Positions 36,812 through 47,046 are shown, numbered from the stretch's first letter. The stretch: 64,000 bases of DNA from Patescibacteria group bacterium (GCA_021735685.1 JAIPGN010000001.1:202678-266677); one strand, 5' to 3'. Numbers and translations: made by a program. The notes: generated by a model not told the origin, from the letters alone.

Positions 36812-38383
36812 ATGTCTAATCAGATTCAGCCGGTACTTTTAATTATTCTTGATGGCTTTGGAGTTGCCTCTGTTGGGAACGGCAATGCGGTTACTTCTGC
36901 TAATTTGCCGTCTTTGGAGGGATTGGTTAATAATTATCCCACTACCACTCTTCAAGCTTCTGGCGAATCTGTTGGCCTATCTTGGGGCGAGCCAGGCAAT
37001 TCAGAGGTGGGTCATTTGAATATGGGAGGCGGTCGTATTATTTGGCAAAGTTTACCTCGTATCACTCAGGCCATTAGTGATAATAGTTTTTTTAAAAATA
37101 AAGCTTTCTTGAAAGCAGTCGAGCATGCTCAAAAAAATAATTCGGCTTTACATTTAGCTGGTTTAGTCTCTAGCGGGGGAGTGCATTCTTCTTTTGGTCA
37201 CTTGCACGCTCTTTTGGAATTAGCTGCTCAACAGGGTTTAGAAAAAGTTTATTTACATATTTTTCTAGATGGACGTGACTCTCCGCGAGATAGTGGCCAA
37301 GGTTTTGTAGAGGATCTAATTTCCAAGATGAGGAAATTAGGAGTTGGTCAAATTGCAACTTTGTCAGGACGTTTTTACGCTATGGATCGGGATAATAATT
37401 GGGACAGAATTGAAAGGGCTTATTTGGCTATGACTAAGGGTTTAGCGGAAGAAGAATTTGAAGATCCTTTAGTTGCGATTGAATCTTCTTATCAAAAAGG
37501 AATTTATGATGAGGAATTTGTGCCCGTAGTGATTAAAGAAAAAGATCAAGAGCCAATAGCAGTACAAGATAATGATGCTTTAATTTTCTTTAATTTTCGT
37601 CCAGATCGAGCTCGACAAATCACGGAAGCTTTTACCAAAAAAGAATTTGATGGTTTTCCGCGCGAGAAATTGAATAACTTTCTAATGGTTACTTTGACTG
37701 AATACGAGCAAGGATTGCCAGTAGAAATTGCTTTCCCAGTTGAAGACATTAAAAATCCTTTAGCCGAGACGATTAGTTCGGCTGGACATGGTCAATTTCA
37801 TATTGCCGAAACTGAAAAATATGCCCACGTTACTTTTTTCTTTAATGGCCGACGAGAAAAGAATTTCCCGCAAGAGGAAAGAATTCTAATCCCTTCTCCG
37901 CAGGTCAGTTCTTATGATCAAAAGCCAGAAATGTCTGCTCCTCAGGTTACTCATCAAGTTTTATGGGCCTTAGGAGATAAGAAATATAAGTTTATAGTAG
38001 TTAATTTTGCTAATCCAGATATGGTGGGTCATACGGGTAATTTAGGGGCAGTGATTAAATCTTTGGAAACTTTAGATGGTTTGGTGGGCAAAATTGTTGA
38101 TTTGGCCTTGAAGCAAAATTGGGTTAGTATCATTACTGCTGATCACGGCAATTGTGAAAAGATGATTAATTTAAGAAGCGGAGAGATTAATAAAGAGCAC
38201 ACTAATAATCCGGTTCCTTTTTTGGTCATTAAAAAAGGAGTAGAGGATCGGGGATTTTCTGGAGGTTTAAAAAATTTAAGCGCCTTAACTCCTAGTGGAG
38301 TTTTGGCTGATGTTGCTCCGACGATTTTAAAGATTATGAATTTGCCTCAGCCCCCAGAAATGCAAGGAATTTCTTTGGTTTAA
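36812..38383 (+). CDS. gpmI: 2,3-BPG-independent phosphoglycerate mutase, copy 2
   Basis: ILDGFG, GNSEVGH, GGVHS, DGRD, NFRPDRARQ, NPDMVGHTG, TADHGNCE. Confidence 0.95.
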   Translation: MSNQIQPVLLIILDGFGVASVGNGNAVTSANLPSLEGLVNNYPTTTLQASGESVGLSWGEPGNSEVGHLNMGGGRIIWQSLPRITQAISDNSFFKNKAFLKAVEHAQKNNSALHLAGLVSSGGVHSSFGHLHALLELAAQQGLEKVYLHIFLDGRDSPRDSGQGFVEDLISKMRKLGVGQIATLSGRFYAMDRDNNWDRIERAYLAMTKGLAEEEFEDPLVAIESSYQKGIYDEEFVPVVIKEKDQEPIAVQDNDALIFFNFRPDRARQITEAFTKKEFDGFPREKLNNFLMVTLTEYEQGLPVEIAFPVEDIKNPLAETISSAGHGQFHIAETEKYAHVTFFFNGRREKNFPQEERILIPSPQVSSYDQKPEMSAPQVTHQVLWALGDKKYKFIVVNFANPDMVGHTGNLGAVIKSLETLDGLVGKIVDLALKQNWVSIITADHGNCEKMINLRSGEINKEHTNNPVPFLVIKKGVEDRGFSGGLKNLSALTPSGVLADVAPTILKIMNLPQPPEMQGISLV

Positions 38384-38405
38384 TAAATAATAAATAAAAT
38401 GTTTT

Positions 38406-38753
38406 ATGGAAATAAAGTATTTTGTTCAAAACTTTGAATTAAATTCTGAGGATCAGGAATTTATTGACGAAGCACTACAAAAATTAACCCGTTTTTCAAA
38501 AGAAATTAAGGAAGCGCGGATAGATTTAAGTTATAATCCTAACCATTCTAAGGATGAGGTTTTTAGATTAGAAGTTAATTTACGCTTGCCTCGTAAAACT
38601 TTAAGGGGGGTTCACCGAGCAGGTGAATTACATAGCGCAGTGCATGCAGTGGAAGATATTTTGCAAAGGCAATTAAAAAAATACAAGGCTTATGGTTCTA
38701 CTCGTCGACGTTGGACTCAAAAATTATTTGCTCGTTGGCGCAACAAGGCTTAA
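38406..38753 (+). CDS. hpf: Ribosome hibernation factor HPF/RaiA
   Basis: Size and HPF-like pattern (KLTRF, LEVNLRLP..TLRG, L.SAV..V.D.L.RQL.KYK); located upstream of secA. Confidence 0.8.
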   Translation: MEIKYFVQNFELNSEDQEFIDEALQKLTRFSKEIKEARIDLSYNPNHSKDEVFRLEVNLRLPRKTLRGVHRAGELHSAVHAVEDILQRQLKKYKAYGSTRRRWTQKLFARWRNKA

Positions 38754-38767
38754 TTACATTTTATTTT

Positions 38768-41461
38768 ATGAGTTTTCTTTCTAAAATTTTCTCTAAGGAT
38801 CCTAATGAAAAAGAGATTAATCAGCTTCAACCTTTAGTTGAGGCTATTAATGTTGAAGAGGGGAATCTAGAGAAATTGAGTTTAGCAGAATTAAAAAAGA
38901 AAAGCTTAGGTCTTCAAGAGAAAATAAAAAAAGGTCAGAGTAAGGAAGATTTTTTAGTGGAAGCTTTTGCTTTAGTGCGGGCTGTTGCTCAGAAAACATT
39001 AGGGCAAAGGCATTTTGATGTTCAGTTAATGGGAGGAATTGTTTTACATCAAGGGAAGATAGCGGAAATGAAAACCGGAGAAGGTAAAACGCTGGCTTCT
39101 ACGGCTCCTATTTATTTGAATGCTTTAGAGCAAAAAGGAGTACATGTGATTACGGTTAATGATTATTTAGCTCGGCGAGATACGGTTTGGATGGGTCAGA
39201 TTTATCGAGCTTTGGGCTTAAAGGCTGCTTGCTTAGTTCATGACGGAGCCTTTCTCTATGATCCAGAATATATAATTGATGAAGAGGGAAAAGAGCAAGA
39301 ACAAGGTTCCTCTCGAGATCAACTTAGGGATGCTACGGGCAGTTTTAAGGTAGAGCAAACTTACTTGCGGCCGATTAGTCGAAAAGAGGCCTATCAGGCC
39401 GACATCACTTATGGCACTAATAATGAATTTGGTTTTGATTATTTGCGAGATAATTTGGTGCGAGATTTAAAAGATTGTGTTCAAAGGGAATTAAATTATG
39501 CGATTATTGATGAGGTGGATAGTGTTTTAATTGACGAGGCTCGTACCCCTTTAATTATTTCGGCTCCTGATCGGGCCTCTGGTCAACTTTATTATAAATT
39601 AGCCAATTTGGTTAAATCTTTAAAAAGTGAAAAAGATTATGTGGTGGATGAAAAATTAAGAAGTGTGATTTTAACCGAAGAAGGCATGGCTCAAATGGCT
39701 TCTTTTTTAGGAGAGGATCCTTGGGTTAACAATAATACGGAATTAGCTCATCATATTGATGCCGCTTTAAAAGCTTTAGTTCTTTTTCAAAAAGATCGAG
39801 ATTATGTAGTTCAAAAAGAAGAGATCGTGATTATTGATGAATTTACAGGAAGACTGATGCCGGGCCGTCGTTATTCAGAAGGGTTGCATCAAGCTTTGGA
39901 AGCTAAAGAAAATGTCAAAGTCAAGCAAGAGTCTAAAACCTTGGCGACAATTACTTTTCAAAATTATTTTCGCTTCTATCATAAATTAGCTGGAATGACT
40001 GGAACCGCAGAAACCGAAGCTGAAGAATTTCATAAAATTTATGATTTAGAGGTAGTGGTTATTCCTACTAATAAGCCCATTATTCGTCAGGACTTAGCTG
40101 ACCGAATTTATCGTACTAAAGAAGCTAAATTTAAGGCGATTATTGAAGACGTAAAAGAAAGACATCAAAAAGGGCAACCAATTTTAATTGGTACTGGTGG
40201 ATTTACTATTGGTGAAAAAACAGTAGGAGCAATTGAAAAAAATCAAATTATTAAAAAATTACTTGATCGTCAAGGAGTCTCTTGTCAAGTTTTAGATGCT
40301 AAGAATCACGAGAAGGAAGGGCAGGTTATTGCTCAAGCTGGTCGTAAAGGGTCAGTAACAGTAGCCACGAATATGGCCGGTCGAGGAGTGGATATTGTTT
40401 TAGGGGGCAGTCCTTTTGATCAAGAAAAATATCAAGAGATTATTGATTTGGGTGGTTTGCATATTATTGGTAGTGAGCGGCACGAATCCCGGCGTATTGA
40501 TAACCAGTTGCGAGGACGAGCGGGTCGTCAAGGAGATCCGGGATCTAGTCAATTTTTCTTATCTTTAGAAGATGATCTGATGAGAATTTTTGGCGGTAGT
40601 CGTTTGTCTGGTTTAATGCAAACTTTAAAAATTCCTGAAGATGTGCCGATTGAAAGTAAGATAGTTTCTCGTTCTATGGAGTCAGCTCAGAAAAAAATTG
40701 AAGGTTTTAATTTTGATACCCGAAAACATTTATTGGAATACGATGATATTTTAAACAAGCATCGCGAAACCATTTATCGTTTACGCAAGAGGATTCTAGA
40801 AATGGATTATTCAGCCTTACGAGAAAATTTTTTAGCCAAAACCAAAGAAGAGGTTTTCCGTATTATTGAAAGTAAAACCAGGGAAGGAAAAGTAGATCAA
40901 GAAGCGGTTTTGAAAATTATGGAGTCAATATTCCCTTCTTCTCAAGAGGATTTTCAAGAAAAAGTTAAACCTTCTTTTTCGGCAAGCAAGATGGCTGAAA
41001 AAATAATGGAAGTAGTGGAGAAAGATTTTCAACAAATCGAAAAAGAGATTAAAGAAAAAGAGAAGGAGCTAGGGGATAAGAATTTGATGTCAAAAATTTT
41101 GAGATCTATTCACCTTCAGACTATTGATCGCTACTGGGTTTATCATTTGGACATTATTAATAATTTAAAAGGAGGGATTGGTTTACGTGCTTACGGACAA
41201 CATGATCCTTTAGTGGAGTACAAGAGAGAGTCGCGTCAAAAATTTAGAGACTTATTGATTAATATCGATCAACAAATTATTTACTCGGTCTACAAGATTG
41301 GCTTAGTTAAGAATTTTGCTCCTCGTTTTTCTCAACCGACAATAAATTTAGGAAAGAAAAGTGCTGTTTCTTCCCAAAAAAAGAAAGTGGGACGTAATGA
41401 TCCTTGCCCTTGTGGTTCTGGCAAAAAGTATAAAAAATGTTGTTATCCTAAGTACGAATAA
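38768..41461 (+). CDS. secA: Preprotein translocase ATPase SecA
   Basis: EMKTGEGKT, DEVDSVLIDEARTPLIIS, ATNMAGRG, QLRGRAGRQGDPG, C-terminal SEC-C; ATG at 38768 preferred. Confidence 0.98.
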   Translation: MSFLSKIFSKDPNEKEINQLQPLVEAINVEEGNLEKLSLAELKKKSLGLQEKIKKGQSKEDFLVEAFALVRAVAQKTLGQRHFDVQLMGGIVLHQGKIAEMKTGEGKTLASTAPIYLNALEQKGVHVITVNDYLARRDTVWMGQIYRALGLKAACLVHDGAFLYDPEYIIDEEGKEQEQGSSRDQLRDATGSFKVEQTYLRPISRKEAYQADITYGTNNEFGFDYLRDNLVRDLKDCVQRELNYAIIDEVDSVLIDEARTPLIISAPDRASGQLYYKLANLVKSLKSEKDYVVDEKLRSVILTEEGMAQMASFLGEDPWVNNNTELAHHIDAALKALVLFQKDRDYVVQKEEIVIIDEFTGRLMPGRRYSEGLHQALEAKENVKVKQESKTLATITFQNYFRFYHKLAGMTGTAETEAEEFHKIYDLEVVVIPTNKPIIRQDLADRIYRTKEAKFKAIIEDVKERHQKGQPILIGTGGFTIGEKTVGAIEKNQIIKKLLDRQGVSCQVLDAKNHEKEGQVIAQAGRKGSVTVATNMAGRGVDIVLGGSPFDQEKYQEIIDLGGLHIIGSERHESRRIDNQLRGRAGRQGDPGSSQFFLSLEDDLMRIFGGSRLSGLMQTLKIPEDVPIESKIVSRSMESAQKKIEGFNFDTRKHLLEYDDILNKHRETIYRLRKRILEMDYSALRENFLAKTKEEVFRIIESKTREGKVDQEAVLKIMESIFPSSQEDFQEKVKPSFSASKMAEKIMEVVEKDFQQIEKEIKEKEKELGDKNLMSKILRSIHLQTIDRYWVYHLDIINNLKGGIGLRAYGQHDPLVEYKRESRQKFRDLLINIDQQIIYSVYKIGLVKNFAPRFSQPTINLGKKSAVSSQKKKVGRNDPCPCGSGKKYKKCCYPKYE

Positions 41462-41483
41462 TTGAGGGGACAGTCCCCCTCAA
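41462..41483. repeat. REP-like palindrome, GGGGACAGTCCCC family
   Basis: TTGAGGGGACAGTCCCCCTCAA immediately after the secA stop. Confidence 0.75.
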
Positions 41484-41701
41484 GCAAGTCCGCCAAACTC
41501 GCTTCCTTGGCGGAAAGTAAGGGCAAAAAATTAAAATGGCGAAAAAACAGCTTATTTGAAAATTGAATTTTTAAATCCTCTGACACCCTCAGTGTGTAGT
41601 TCTAATTTTTATCGGTTAAAAAATTTAAAAAAGGGCTTTTTTCTGCCAAATTGAAAAAATGGGCTGGAAAGCTTTTTGGAGAGCTGCTTCTGAGAGGAGA
41701 A

Positions 41702-41771
41702 AAGAAGGGGACTGTCCCCAGTTGTTTTATTTTTTTAAGAAGGGGACTGTCCCCAGTTGTTTTATTTTTTT
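41702..41771. repeat. Perfect 35-bp tandem duplication, each unit containing GGGGACTGTCCCC
   Basis: AAGAAGGGGACTGTCCCCAGTTGTTTTATTTTTTT at 41702-41736 and 41737-41771. Confidence 0.9.
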
Positions 41772-41827
41772 TATTTGTTAGAATATTAAAATTATTAGCA
41801 GTTTTAATTCTTATTTTTTTTATTGAT

Positions 41828-43468
41828 ATGAATCGTAATAAAGTTTGGACTAGTTTTATCTTGATTATTGTTTTAGCTTTTTTGGCTTTAATGGTTGATA
41901 TTCCCCAGCTTCCTGAATGGGTGCCGGGTCATCAATGGTTTTCTCGTCAAAAGGTCCATTTAGGTCTTGATTTGCAAGGAGGCACGCAATTAGTTTATCA
42001 AACCGATACTAGCAATATTCCTAAAGAAGAAAAATTGTCTGCAGTTGAAGGGGCTAGAAATGTTGTTGAAAGAAGGATTAATATCTTTGGAGTTACAGAG
42101 CCAATTATTCAAATAGCTAAGGTGGAGAATGAGTGGAACTTGATTGTGGAATTGCCGGGGATTGAAGATGTGTCCGCGGCAGTAGAAATGATTGGGGAAA
42201 CTCCAATCTTGGAATTTAAAGAAAAGGCTCCTCCTCATGAGTTAACTGAAGAGGAAAAACAAGCTTTAGCTGAATATAATCGTCAGGCTCGAGTTAGGGC
42301 GGAAGATATTTTAAGCGAGACTTTAGCAGGAGAAGATAGTTTTGCTGATTTGGCTCAAAAATATTCCGAAGATGCGGGTACTAATTTAGATGGAGGCGAT
42401 TTAGGGTGGTTCCCGCGAGGAATGATGATTCCTGCTTTTGAAGAAGCTGTTTTTGATTCTTCCTTGAATTCAGGAGAAATAATTCCAGAAATCATTGAAA
42501 CTAGCATTGGTTATCATATTATTAGAAAAACAGATGAAAAAGTGACGGAAGATGGAGAGGTTGAAGAGGTGAAGGCTAGTCATATTTTAATCATGACCCA
42601 ATCTGAGGAAATGATTAGTCAGGACGGTCAGTGGCAGTATACTGGGCTTACCGGCAAACAGCTTAAAAGAGCTATGGTGACTTTTGCTCCCCAAACTGGA
42701 GAGCCGGAAGTTTCTCTAGAGTTTAACTCCGAAGGCGCTAAACTTTTTGGAGAAATTACGGGGAGGAACATAGGTCAACCAGTGGCCATCTTTCTAGATA
42801 ATTATCCTTTGAGCATTCCAGTAGTACGAGAAAAAATAAGCACGGGAGAAGCTGTTATTAGCGGAGGTTTTGCCCTTAATGAAGCTAAGGAATTGGCTCG
42901 TCGTTTGTCGGCTGGTGCCTTGCCCGTCCCTATTAAACTGGTGGGGCAGCAAAATATTGGTCCTAGTTTAGGTAAAATTTCAGTACAAAAAAGTATAGTG
43001 GCCGGCATCCTGGGTTTCTTCTTGATTTGTATTTTTATGCTTGGCTTTTATAAATGGCGAGGCGTTTTAGCGGTATCAGCCTTGATTATTTATGCTTTAA
43101 TTGTTTTAGCTATTTATAAATTAATCCCAGTTACTTTAACTTTAGCTGGAGTAGCTGGTTTCATTATTTCTTTAGGTATGGCTGTTGATGCTAATATTCT
43201 TATTTTTGAAAGAATTAAAGACGAAAACCGGTTGGGAAAAAATTTAGCAGTAGCTATTGATGATGGTTTTAGTCATGCTTGGACTGCGATTCGGGATGGC
43301 AATATTACAACTTTAATTGTTTGTTTTATTTTGTATCATTTTGGTTCGGGTTTAGTGAGAGGATTTGGTTTAACTTTGGGAATCGGAGTTCTTTTGAGTA
43401 TGTTCACTGCTATTGTGGCCACTAAAACCTTCCTAAAAATTACTACTAAAGATTTTTTAAAGGATTAA
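41828..43468 (+). CDS. secD: SecD with an inserted parvulin (rotamase) domain
   Basis: LGLDLQGG, ERRIN.FGV.EP, GALPVP, GMAVDANILIFER; insert FADLAQKYSED..GGDLGWF; ATG at 41828 preferred. Confidence 0.95.
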   Translation: MNRNKVWTSFILIIVLAFLALMVDIPQLPEWVPGHQWFSRQKVHLGLDLQGGTQLVYQTDTSNIPKEEKLSAVEGARNVVERRINIFGVTEPIIQIAKVENEWNLIVELPGIEDVSAAVEMIGETPILEFKEKAPPHELTEEEKQALAEYNRQARVRAEDILSETLAGEDSFADLAQKYSEDAGTNLDGGDLGWFPRGMMIPAFEEAVFDSSLNSGEIIPEIIETSIGYHIIRKTDEKVTEDGEVEEVKASHILIMTQSEEMISQDGQWQYTGLTGKQLKRAMVTFAPQTGEPEVSLEFNSEGAKLFGEITGRNIGQPVAIFLDNYPLSIPVVREKISTGEAVISGGFALNEAKELARRLSAGALPVPIKLVGQQNIGPSLGKISVQKSIVAGILGFFLICIFMLGFYKWRGVLAVSALIIYALIVLAIYKLIPVTLTLAGVAGFIISLGMAVDANILIFERIKDENRLGKNLAVAIDDGFSHAWTAIRDGNITTLIVCFILYHFGSGLVRGFGLTLGIGVLLSMFTAIVATKTFLKITTKDFLKD

Positions 43469-43498
43469 TTTTAATTAATAAAGTTTTCTATTAGCCTT

Positions 43499-44374
43499 AT
43501 GTTTGATTTTATTGCACACGGGAAAAAGTTCCTTGCTCTTTCTGGGATTTTAATCTTGGTTTCTGTTTTAGCTTTGTCTTTTTGGGGTTTAAAAATGGGA
43601 ATTGATTTTGAGGGTGGAGCTATTTCTCAAGTTAAATTCTTGGAAGAAAGGCCAAGTAATGTAGAGATTGTCCAGAAATTAGATTCCCTAGAATTGGGTG
43701 ATGTTAGTGTTCGTCTCAGTGGTTCCAGTTCAGCTATTTTAAGATTTCCGGAAATAGACGAAGAGGTTCACCAGCAAATTTTAGAGTTATTGGGCGAAGT
43801 AGAAGAAGAAAGCTATGAAATGGTGGGGCCAGTTATCGGGAGAGAATCATCACGAAAAGCTCGGTCAGCTATTTTTCTTTCTTTGTTAGCTATTATTTTA
43901 TATGTAACCTGGGCTTTCCGAAAATTATCTCGTGTTTTAGGGAAGGGGGAGTCGTGGCGTTACGGAATTGGGGCTACTTTAGCTTTGGCTCATGATGTTT
44001 TAATTCTATTAGGTTTCTTTGCCGTGTTGGGTCATTTTCAAGGAATAGAGGTCAATGTAGCTTTTATTACCGCTTTATTAACTGTTCTTGGCTATTCAGT
44101 TAACGACACTATTGTTATTTATGATCGGATTCGAGAGAATCTTTTGCTGCATCGGGCCAAAAATTTGAGAGAGACTATTAATTTAAGCTTAAATGAAACC
44201 ATTACTCGTTCTTTGAATACTTCTTTAACTACGCTCTCGGTGCTTTTAGCTATTTATATTTTTGGCGGAGAAGCCATCCAAAGTTTTATCCTAGCGATGA
44301 TGATAGGAGTAATTAGTGGAACTTGGTCTTCTTTGGTAATCGCCAGTCAGTTTTTACTTTGGCGTCGTAAATAA
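43499..44374 (+). CDS. secF: SecF
   Basis: GIDFEGG, HDV, GYSVNDTIVIYDRIRE, TRSLNTS. Confidence 0.96.
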   Translation: MFDFIAHGKKFLALSGILILVSVLALSFWGLKMGIDFEGGAISQVKFLEERPSNVEIVQKLDSLELGDVSVRLSGSSSAILRFPEIDEEVHQQILELLGEVEEESYEMVGPVIGRESSRKARSAIFLSLLAIILYVTWAFRKLSRVLGKGESWRYGIGATLALAHDVLILLGFFAVLGHFQGIEVNVAFITALLTVLGYSVNDTIVIYDRIRENLLLHRAKNLRETINLSLNETITRSLNTSLTTLSVLLAIYIFGGEAIQSFILAMMIGVISGTWSSLVIASQFLLWRRK

Positions 44375-44387
44375 TAATTTATATTTT

Positions 44388-45479
44388 ATGCGAGTTGCTT
44401 TAGTCCATGATTTTTTGACTCAATATGGGGGGGCGGAAAAAGTCTTGGAAGCTTTTTGTGAAATTTGGCCGCAAGCGCCAATTTTTACTTTGTTTTACGA
44501 TCGAAAAAAAATGGGGGGACATTTTAAAAATCAAGATATTAGAGTTTCTCCAATTCAGAATTTACCTTGGGGCAAGAAAAAATATCGTTGGTATTTACCT
44601 TTAATGCCAAGCGCGATCGAAAGATTTAATCTCAGTGATTTTGATTTAATTATTTCCGATTGTTCTGCTTATAGTAAGGGAGTTTTGACTAGGCCGGGCA
44701 CATTGCATATTTCTTATTTACATACTCCGACTCGTTATCTTTGGTCAGATGCCTATAAATATATTGATTCTTTATCTGGTGCTGAAAAAATGGTTAGTAA
44801 ATTTTTGGCCCCAATTTTAACTCGTTTGCGAATTTGGGATCAAATTGCTAGCCAAAGACCGGATCATTTTATTGCTAATTCCGAATTTATTGCTCAAAGA
44901 ATTAAGCATTATTATCGTCGGGAAAGCACAGTTATTTATCCACCAGTAGAATTTTCTCGGTTTAGGATTGCGCGGAAAATAAAAGATTACTATTTGCTTA
45001 TTTCTCGTTTTCGCCCTTACAAGAAAGTGGATTTGGCGATTAGATCTTTCAATGAATTAAGAATGCCGTTAAAAATTATTGGCACAGGAGATGATAAATT
45101 TTTAAAAAAAATTGCTGGGCCTAATATTGAATTTTTGGGATTTGTTTCGGATCAAGAGAAGGCTAAATATTTATCTCAGTGTCGCGCCTTAATTCATCCC
45201 CAAAAAGAAGATTTTGGCATTACTCCTTTAGAGGCCATGGCCTCGGGTCGGCCGGTCATTGCTTATCAAGCTGGCGGAGCCAAGGAGACTGTGATTGAAG
45301 GATTGACGGGAAAGTTTTTTAAAGAGCAAAATGTAGCTGCACTTAAAGATGCAGTTTTAAAGTTTAAGGCAGAAAAATTTGATTCTCGAAAAATTCGTCG
45401 TCATGCTCAAAGTTTTAGTCAAGCTCAATTTAAGAAAAAAATTAAAAAATTTGTAGAAAAACGTTTAAAGAAAAGATAG
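44388..45479 (+). CDS. GT4 glycosyltransferase
   Basis: ALVHDFLTQYGGAEKV, EDFGITPLEAMASGRPV. Confidence 0.92.
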   Translation: MRVALVHDFLTQYGGAEKVLEAFCEIWPQAPIFTLFYDRKKMGGHFKNQDIRVSPIQNLPWGKKKYRWYLPLMPSAIERFNLSDFDLIISDCSAYSKGVLTRPGTLHISYLHTPTRYLWSDAYKYIDSLSGAEKMVSKFLAPILTRLRIWDQIASQRPDHFIANSEFIAQRIKHYYRRESTVIYPPVEFSRFRIARKIKDYYLLISRFRPYKKVDLAIRSFNELRMPLKIIGTGDDKFLKKIAGPNIEFLGFVSDQEKAKYLSQCRALIHPQKEDFGITPLEAMASGRPVIAYQAGGAKETVIEGLTGKFFKEQNVAALKDAVLKFKAEKFDSRKIRRHAQSFSQAQFKKKIKKFVEKRLKKR

Positions 45480-45483
45480 TTTT

Positions 45484-47046
45484 ATGATGGCCAGATTTTC
45501 TAAATTAAAAGGAACAATTACTGGCGGAGCAATGATCATTGCTCTTTTTTCTGTTTTTAGCCGAATTTTAGGTCTTCTCCGAGATAGGTTATTGAGCAGT
45601 AGTTTTGGTGCCGGTCGGGTTTTAGATGCTTATTATGCATCTTTTCGTTTACCCGACTTAATTTTTAATACCCTTATTTTAGGGGCGCTTTCTTCGGCTT
45701 TCATCCCCATCTTTTTAAAATATTGGCAAAAAGATAAAGAAGAGGCCTGGCGAATAACTAATTCGGTTTTAAATATTTTATTACTTATTGTTTTGGGTTT
45801 GGCCACTTTAGCTTTTTTTCTAGCACCGACCTTGATTAGATATTTAGTGCCAGGTTTTGATTTAGAAACTCAGACTTTGACTGTTTCTTTAACTCGGATT
45901 ATGCTGATTGGCATTTTGTTTTTTACTTGCAGCAACATTGCCAGCAGTGTCTTGAATTCTTTTCGTCGTTTTTTAGTTTATAGTTTAGCGCCTTTAATGT
46001 ATAATCTGGGCATTATCTTCGGCATTATGGTTTTAGTGCCTCACACTTCTTTAGGTTTAAAGGGTTTAGCTTGGGGAGTTACTCTAGGAGCAGCTGGACA
46101 TTTTTTGATCCAATTGCCAGCTTTACTAAAAACTGGTTATCGCTGGCAACCGATCATTTCTTCTCATCAAGCTATTAAGAAGATAGTTAAATTAATGCTA
46201 CCTCGTTGTTTCGGCCTAGCAGTGAGTCAATTAAATTTCGTGGTTACCACTTTAGTGGCTTCTACTTTGACGGTGGGAGCGGTAGCAATTTACAGCTTGG
46301 CTTTCAATCTTTTTAATGTCCCTATTGGCATTTTTGGCATTTCTTTAGCTATTGCTATTTTTCCGGTTTTAAGTGGAAGCTTTGCCCAAGGGGATCAAAA
46401 AACCTTTGTTTCTCAAATGTCTAAAACCGTGCAAAGAATTATTTATTTAATTGTTCCGATTACTATTCTTTATTTAAGTTTAAGGGCTCAGATTGTTCGT
46501 TTAATTTTAGGGGCCGGGGTGTTTTCTTGGCGGGATACAGTTTTAACCGCTACTACCTTAGGATTTTTCTCTCTTTCTCTTTTAGCGCAAAGTTTAATTC
46601 CTTTATTTTCCCGTGCCTTTTATTCTTTACATGATACTTTGACCCCAGTTAAAATAGCAGTAGTTAGTTTTGGAGTTAATATTGTTGGCTGTTTTCTTTT
46701 GGGTCGTTGGATTGGAGTAGGGGGATTAGCTTTAGCTTTTTCTTTGGCTTCTTTTATAAATCTAATCTTACTGTATTACTTTTTTCATAAAAAAGCATTA
46801 CCCTTGCCAAACAAAAAGATAAGAATAACATTTTTGCGAGCCTTTGGGCTTTCTGCGATAATGTTAGTAATTGTTCAGCTAAGTAAAGGCTTATTTGGTT
46901 CTTTGGTTAATATGCAAACTTTTGTTGGGGTTTTGATTCAGACTGTTGTTTCAGGTTCAATTGGTCTTTTGTTTTACTTTGTGGCTAGCCTATTTTTGCA
47001 TTTTCCAGAAGTAGACATAATTAAACAATTTTTTAAAAGAAAATAA
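45484..47046 (+). CDS. murJ: Lipid II flippase MurJ/MviN
   Basis: SRILGLLRD, FRLPD, GALSSAFIP, RAFYSL.DT.TP. Confidence 0.93.
   Translation: MMARFSKLKGTITGGAMIIALFSVFSRILGLLRDRLLSSSFGAGRVLDAYYASFRLPDLIFNTLILGALSSAFIPIFLKYWQKDKEEAWRITNSVLNILLLIVLGLATLAFFLAPTLIRYLVPGFDLETQTLTVSLTRIMLIGILFFTCSNIASSVLNSFRRFLVYSLAPLMYNLGIIFGIMVLVPHTSLGLKGLAWGVTLGAAGHFLIQLPALLKTGYRWQPIISSHQAIKKIVKLMLPRCFGLAVSQLNFVVTTLVASTLTVGAVAIYSLAFNLFNVPIGIFGISLAIAIFPVLSGSFAQGDQKTFVSQMSKTVQRIIYLIVPITILYLSLRAQIVRLILGAGVFSWRDTVLTATTLGFFSLSLLAQSLIPLFSRAFYSLHDTLTPVKIAVVSFGVNIVGCFLLGRWIGVGGLALAFSLASFINLILLYYFFHKKALPLPNKKIRITFLRAFGLSAIMLVIVQLSKGLFGSLVNMQTFVGVLIQTVVSGSIGLLFYFVASLFLHFPEVDIIKQFFKRK

Noticed and set aside
41651-41827. 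Long N-terminal extension of SecD (likewise for the RAYT, SecA and 57414 ORFs)
   Set aside because: These are read-through of intergenic repeats or upstream genes from TTG/GTG codons; downstream ATGs fit the families better.
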